Shown piece by piece: positions 51,758-55,429 of a stretch of DNA of 55,429 nucleotides; within the stretch, counting starts at the first letter, position 1, and each line of letters opens with the position of its first letter. The notes below the pieces were generated by a model. It was not told where the DNA came from. It ran no database searches and saw nothing but the letters and a program-made list of their open reading frames with translations. Source of the stretch: Acidobacteriota bacterium (GTDB lineage: Bacteria; Acidobacteriota; Thermoanaerobaculia; Multivoradales; Multivoraceae). The stretch covers positions 1,914 to 57,342 of the forward strand of contig WTGL01000072.1 of NCBI GenBank assembly GCA_011523565.1, in the 5' to 3' direction. Made by a program: the position numbers and the translations under genes.

Positions 51758-52933
51758 TTAGTTGACGGGGAACGGGTTCTCCGGAACCAGCTCGACGCCC
51801 TGCTGAGAAGCAGAAGGCGAGGGGCAGACCACCGTGAGCTTGAACGTTGCCGCATTGCCGCCCGCGGCGGGGACTGCGAGCCTGGGCGTCACCTGGGTGG
51901 CCTGGGTCGTGTCAATGGCCGCCGTGAAGGTGACCTCCGCCGGGTAGTTGACCGGGGGGTTCGCCGTGGGAGCGCAGTAACTCGCGTGCTGCGCCATGGT
52001 CAGCGTCCCCACGTCCGAGGTGCCGTCGTGCTCGAACGTCAAACCCGCGCTCGCTGCGGCGTCCGTCGTGATTGCCACACCGGCATTCGGGCCGACAGCG
52101 CCGAGCATGGCCGAGATCGTGGTGTCCAGAGGGACTCCATCCGGGCCGTGTCCGAGCCTCGCGTTGGCGCCGTTGTCGGCGGCATCGTACGTCGTGACGA
52201 AGTGGCCCGAGCCGTTGCCCCATAGGTCGACCGTCACGGTCAGGTTTCCGGTAGTCGGCCTGGTAACGCTTCCGCCTGGCATGAGGTCGGTCCGCTTACC
52301 GGTGAAGACGTCGGTCGGACCCTGGGCCCTGATCATCGTCCCACCGTTGCCGAGCATGCAGTTGCTGTCTTCCCGCACGTACGGGCTCGCCGCCGTTCCG
52401 GCTCCGCCGTAGGAGCAGGTGTTGACCGGCGTCGGCTCCACATCCGCCACGGGCAGGATGTTCGGCAGGAGGCCGAACCGACCGCTCGTGTGCATGACCA
52501 GGGAGACACCGGCACCGTCCGTGATCGTCACGCTGTCGTGCGCGGTGATGTCGGTCATCTCGTTGTCCATGACGGCATCGGCGACAAGGTTGCCAATGCC
52601 CGAGTTCTCGCCTACGTGCATCCAGAACCAGCCGCCATCCATGACGGGGCCGAGTTCGAACGTGCCATCTTCGTCATCGCAGGCGAGGTCGCCGCCGAGC
52701 GACATGGAGACGACACCGTCGTCGTCGGCCATTTCCGAGCCGGTCCGGGTGACGTTGCCGCAGGTAGAGCGCCAGTTCACCTCGTCACCGGTGGCCGTGG
52801 CGATGAACCCGCCCGCACCCATGTAGATGGGCACCTGGTGGGTGCACCCTTCGCAGTCGGCGGTCTGACCGAACGCCACCGCCGGAATCGCGCAGAGAAC
52901 CAGCGCGATCGTGATGTGCTTCATCAGCTTCAT
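51758..52933 (-). CDS. Secreted Cys-patterned hypothetical protein, paralog B
   Basis: The ATG at 52933 (MKLMKHITIALVLCAIPAVAFGQ) follows AAGGAG. Mature N-terminus CEGCTHQVPIYMGAGGFIA. Shared blocks DGTFE, DGGW(Y/F)W, IGNL(I/V)A, LWGNG(T/S)GHF and ARLGH. Confidence 0.7.
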   Translation of the reverse strand: MKLMKHITIALVLCAIPAVAFGQTADCEGCTHQVPIYMGAGGFIATATGDEVNWRSTCGNVTRTGSEMADDDGVVSMSLGGDLACDDEDGTFELGPVMDGGWFWMHVGENSGIGNLVADAVMDNEMTDITAHDSVTITDGAGVSLVMHTSGRFGLLPNILPVADVEPTPVNTCSYGGAGTAASPYVREDSNCMLGNGGTMIRAQGPTDVFTGKRTDLMPGGSVTRPTTGNLTVTVDLWGNGSGHFVTTYDAADNGANARLGHGPDGVPLDTTISAMLGAVGPNAGVAITTDAAASAGLTFEHDGTSDVGTLTMAQHASYCAPTANPPVNYPAEVTFTAAIDTTQATQVTPRLAVPAAGGNAATFKLTVVCPSPSASQQGVELVPENPFPVN

Positions 52934-53369
52934 CAGTTTGTTTTCTCCTTGAGCGGCTTCATGCCGCCGTTCGTTTACCGGGCTGGCCGTGTGCCGGCCC
53001 GGAAGTTCTTCGATCCGAAGATCAGGCCACGAAGATGCGGACAACCCGCTCTGCCATGGCCGCTGACGTTTTCTCTCTTGACGACCGGTTCCTGGTCCTA
53101 AGTGAACCGCCGACCGTCACACACGCTGATGCTGCGCATCACCTCCCGCTAAAAGACTTCAAGGCCGTCTGTCCAAACGTTGGTGGAACCTTACCGGAAA
53201 TGACCGCTTAAATCCAGTGGCCCGGCACGTCGCTGACGCAGGGGGCTGGCGGATCGGGATACGGCCTCTTCTGCCGATTCAATTCCTCCGAGGCACGACA
53301 CTATAGGGCCTTTTGGGGGATTCGTCAAGGGGTAGGGGTGTGGGAGTCAAATTATTGAGGGGATTGGAG

Positions 53370-54590
53370 TTAGGGTCGAACGGGAGAGTCCCAGGGGAAG
53401 TCCTCCGGGTGCTCCTCGCCCGGGGCCGGTTCGGCCGGGCGGACGAGGCCGCGCTCCAGGGCCGGAAGCAGGGTGCGGGCGGCGGTCCCCTCGCGGTAGG
53501 CGGTCGTTTCCGGGGCCTCGAGGCGCCGCAACGCGGAGAAGTGGACCTTTTCGCCGACAACCAGCGGCACGCCGTCCTCCCGCCGCTCGCCGATTCGCCG
53601 GTCGTGGCGGCCCCAGAGCCGGTAGAGCAGGCGCATCGAGTCGCCCAGGGGGCCGAGCTCGTCGGGTACCAAGCGGGCGCCGGCGGCGGCGGGATCGAGC
53701 GCCAGGCCGGCCGCGTGCGCCCTGGCCCACATCCAGAGCAGGGCGCGGTCGGAGAGCGCGGTGCTCGGCCGCCCGCCGCCGACATCGCTGTGAACGCCCG
53801 GGAACCAGAGCTGCTCGACCTGCTGGCCGGCCGCCGGCCGATTCGCCCACAGGGTCGGGGCGAAGGGGCGGCGGCCCTCGTCGATCGCCACCGCGTGGCA
53901 CGCGTGCCGGATGTGGCGGTCGAGCCGCACGTCGTGGAAGCGGTGGCGGCGGGCGCCGATCCAGTTCAGCCAGGTGACCGGCACGCCCAGGGCGCCGACC
54001 GTGTCCCAGACGCCGACGAAGTGGACCTGGCAGGGATGGGCCGGCGCGGCCGGCCCAGGCTGGCGGTCTGCGGCGGCGGGCGTGGCCGGCCCAGGGTGGT
54101 CGGCCGTGGCCTGGGGCACGGCGAAGGTCTCGACGTGGCGCGCCGCCCGCTCGGTGCGCTCGGCGCCGCGCGGCCGGCGGTAGATCGTCATGCCCTCAAG
54201 AGCGATGTCGGCGACGCTAAGGCCGGCAGCGGCGCAGCGCTCCGGGTCTGGAACGCCGCAGAGACCCAGTAGCCCGGCCAGGCTGCGGGCGGTGTAGGCC
54301 CCGCGGCTGTAGCCGAACAGGAAGAGCCGGTCGCCGGACCGGTAGTGCGAACTCAGCCAGACGTAGGCCAGCTCCACGTTGCGGGCAAGACCCAGGCCGA
54401 CGACGCCGCCCCGCACCCGGTCGAACCGCCCGGTGCCGACGCCCCGGTCGTAGTAGCGAAGCTGCGGCGTGCCCGCCGCGGTCTTCGGCACGAGCGCCTG
54501 GCTGGTCTTGACGACGTTCGTGGGCGAAGCCCGATCGTCGCTGTTCCAGGTGCCGTCGAAGCAGAGTGCGATGTTGCGTGGGCCGGCCAA
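53370..54590 (-). CDS. DUF2235 alpha/beta-hydrolase (Tle1-like phospholipase fold) protein
   Basis: IALCFDGTWNS, LFGYSRGAYTARSLAGLL and FVGVWDTVGALG are the DUF2235 signature blocks. Confidence 0.8.
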   Translation of the reverse strand: MAGPRNIALCFDGTWNSDDRASPTNVVKTSQALVPKTAAGTPQLRYYDRGVGTGRFDRVRGGVVGLGLARNVELAYVWLSSHYRSGDRLFLFGYSRGAYTARSLAGLLGLCGVPDPERCAAAGLSVADIALEGMTIYRRPRGAERTERAARHVETFAVPQATADHPGPATPAAADRQPGPAAPAHPCQVHFVGVWDTVGALGVPVTWLNWIGARRHRFHDVRLDRHIRHACHAVAIDEGRRPFAPTLWANRPAAGQQVEQLWFPGVHSDVGGGRPSTALSDRALLWMWARAHAAGLALDPAAAGARLVPDELGPLGDSMRLLYRLWGRHDRRIGERREDGVPLVVGEKVHFSALRRLEAPETTAYREGTAARTLLPALERGLVRPAEPAPGEEHPEDFPWDSPVRP

Positions 54591-54623
54591 GCAGGGACTT
54601 GGAGTAGGCGGGGCGCGTGGAGC

Positions 54624-54959
54624 CTAACCCGATCTGAACAGGCTCTCCATCTTCATCGCGAGCCCCATGTCGCCCGAGATCCGCAACCGGCCGCCCATGA
54701 AGGCGGTCATGCCGTTGAGCCGGCCGGCGATGAGCTCGACGTAGTCGGCCGCTTCCATCGAGATCGTCATCGTCGGCGTGTCGTGGGCGCCATCGTGGAC
54801 GGTGCAGGCGCCGTCCTTGATCGTGCAGTGCCAGATGCCGCCGCCTTCGCCGCCGAGGTCGAGCTGGATCGTGGCGTCGAGGCCGGCGGCGACGCCCGGA
54901 TCCAGACGGCTCGGCATGTTCGTGATGATCTCTCTGACGGCGGCGGCGGTATCGGTCAT
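54624..54959 (-). CDS. SCP2 sterol/lipid-binding domain protein
   Basis: 111 aa. ...LDATIQLDLGGEGGGIWHCTIKDGACTV...ADYVELIAGRLNGMTAFMGGRLRISGDMGLAMKM is the SCP-2 pattern. Confidence 0.8.
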   Translation of the reverse strand: MTDTAAAVREIITNMPSRLDPGVAAGLDATIQLDLGGEGGGIWHCTIKDGACTVHDGAHDTPTMTISMEAADYVELIAGRLNGMTAFMGGRLRISGDMGLAMKMESLFRSG

Positions 54960-54993
54960 GGCGATCTCCTGCGTTTGAGGGTGGGCGCAGAGA

Positions 54994-55429
54994 CTATCCG
55001 GGGCCGAGAAGCGTCACCGGCTCGATGCCCCCGGCCGGCATGAAACCGAGGACCTGGCCGTAGAAGCTGAGCTCCGCCTCCAGGGCGCGGACGATGTTCC
55101 CGGCGCGGCGGAAGCCGTGCTGCTCGCCTTCGAACAGGAGGTAGGCGACGGGGACGCCCGTGGCGCGCAGCGCCTCGACCATCGCCTCGGCCTGGTTGGG
55201 GGGCACGATCCGGTCTTCCGCACCCTGGAAGAAGATGACCGGGCAGGAGAAGCGGTCGCGGGCGGACAGCGGCGAGCGCTCGTCGTAGAGATCGCTGCGC
55301 TCCGGATAGGGGCCGACCAGGCGGTCGAGGTAGCGCGACTCGAACTTGTGGGTGTCGCGGGCGAGGGCGGCCAGGTCGGCGACGCCGTAGTGGCTGGCGC
55401 CGGCGGCGAAGGTGTCCTTGAAGGCGAGC
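54994..55429 (-). CDS. C-terminal part of an S9 (prolyl oligopeptidase/acylaminoacyl peptidase-like) serine hydrolase; the 5' end lies outside the window
   Basis: The frame is open to the window edge: ...[24 protein letters not shown]...[21 protein letters not shown]...FEGEQHGF. These are the catalytic Asp and His blocks. Confidence 0.75.
   Translation of the reverse strand, partial: LAFKDTFAAGASHYGVADLAALARDTHKFESRYLDRLVGPYPERSDLYDERSPLSARDRFSCPVIFFQGAEDRIVPPNQAEAMVEALRATGVPVAYLLFEGEQHGFRRAGNIVRALEAELSFYGQVLGFMPAGGIEPVTLLGPG

Noticed and set aside
1-55429. Search for tRNA, rRNA, riboswitch-like leaders, integrase or transposase genes and IS termini
   Set aside because: I could not recognise a cloverleaf-compatible or rRNA-like segment in any intergenic region, and no recombinase-like ORF was seen. 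The absence is by eye only and should be confirmed with tRNAscan-SE, Infernal and ISEScan.

Overview
High-GC bacterial chromosomal window; GC was judged by eye, not computed. The gene content looks Acidobacteriota-like: a hopanoid locus plus tandem GWxTD / Acidobacteria-type VWA proteins. I found no rRNA, tRNA, CRISPR array, integrase or transposase.

The housekeeping backbone comprises:
- shc-hpnH-hpnA-hpnG and a SAM methyltransferase
- prfA-prmC
- an M4 protease and an outer-membrane barrel protein
- slt and rsmI
- a cysteine desulfurase with mnmA
- maf
- a macro-domain gene, a hypothetical gene and apgM
- a surface-polysaccharide group (GNAT-like, GT2, ABC-2 permease)
- DUF2235, SCP2 and an S9 peptidase

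Four accessory regions interrupt this backbone.

1. 25.25-31.8 kb, my best candidate for an undescribed system. Two diverged direct copies of a module (95-aa protein plus retropepsin-like aspartic protease) bracket three genes. These are a 2-TM SLATT-like protein, a possible overlapping 44-aa basic peptide, and a compositionally atypical 1363-aa protein. The 1363-aa protein has an N-terminal HigA/XRE-type HTH and no enzymatic motif I can recognise.

2. 34.2-35.6 kb, a graveyard of decayed toxin-antitoxin genes. It holds a degenerate PIN gene flanked by a 44-bp direct repeat, plus broken HEPN and MNT genes.

3. 35.7-46.7 kb. Two inverted paralogous giant secreted metzincins, each ending in four copies of a Cys-framed ~115-aa module. 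They flank an all-in-one GAF-PAS-HisKA-HATPase-REC-wHTH protein. A conserved ~28-bp element with GTTCACG direct repeats 21 bp apart lies upstream of both protease genes.

4. 49.9-52.9 kb. A DUF1640-like hendecad-repeat protein (a paralog lies at 18.9 kb) next to two tandem paralogous secreted Cys-patterned proteins.

An intact HepT/MntA pair sits at 0.4-1.2 kb. Many long Arg/Pro/Gly/Ala-rich ORFs in the track are antisense shadows of real genes and were not called.
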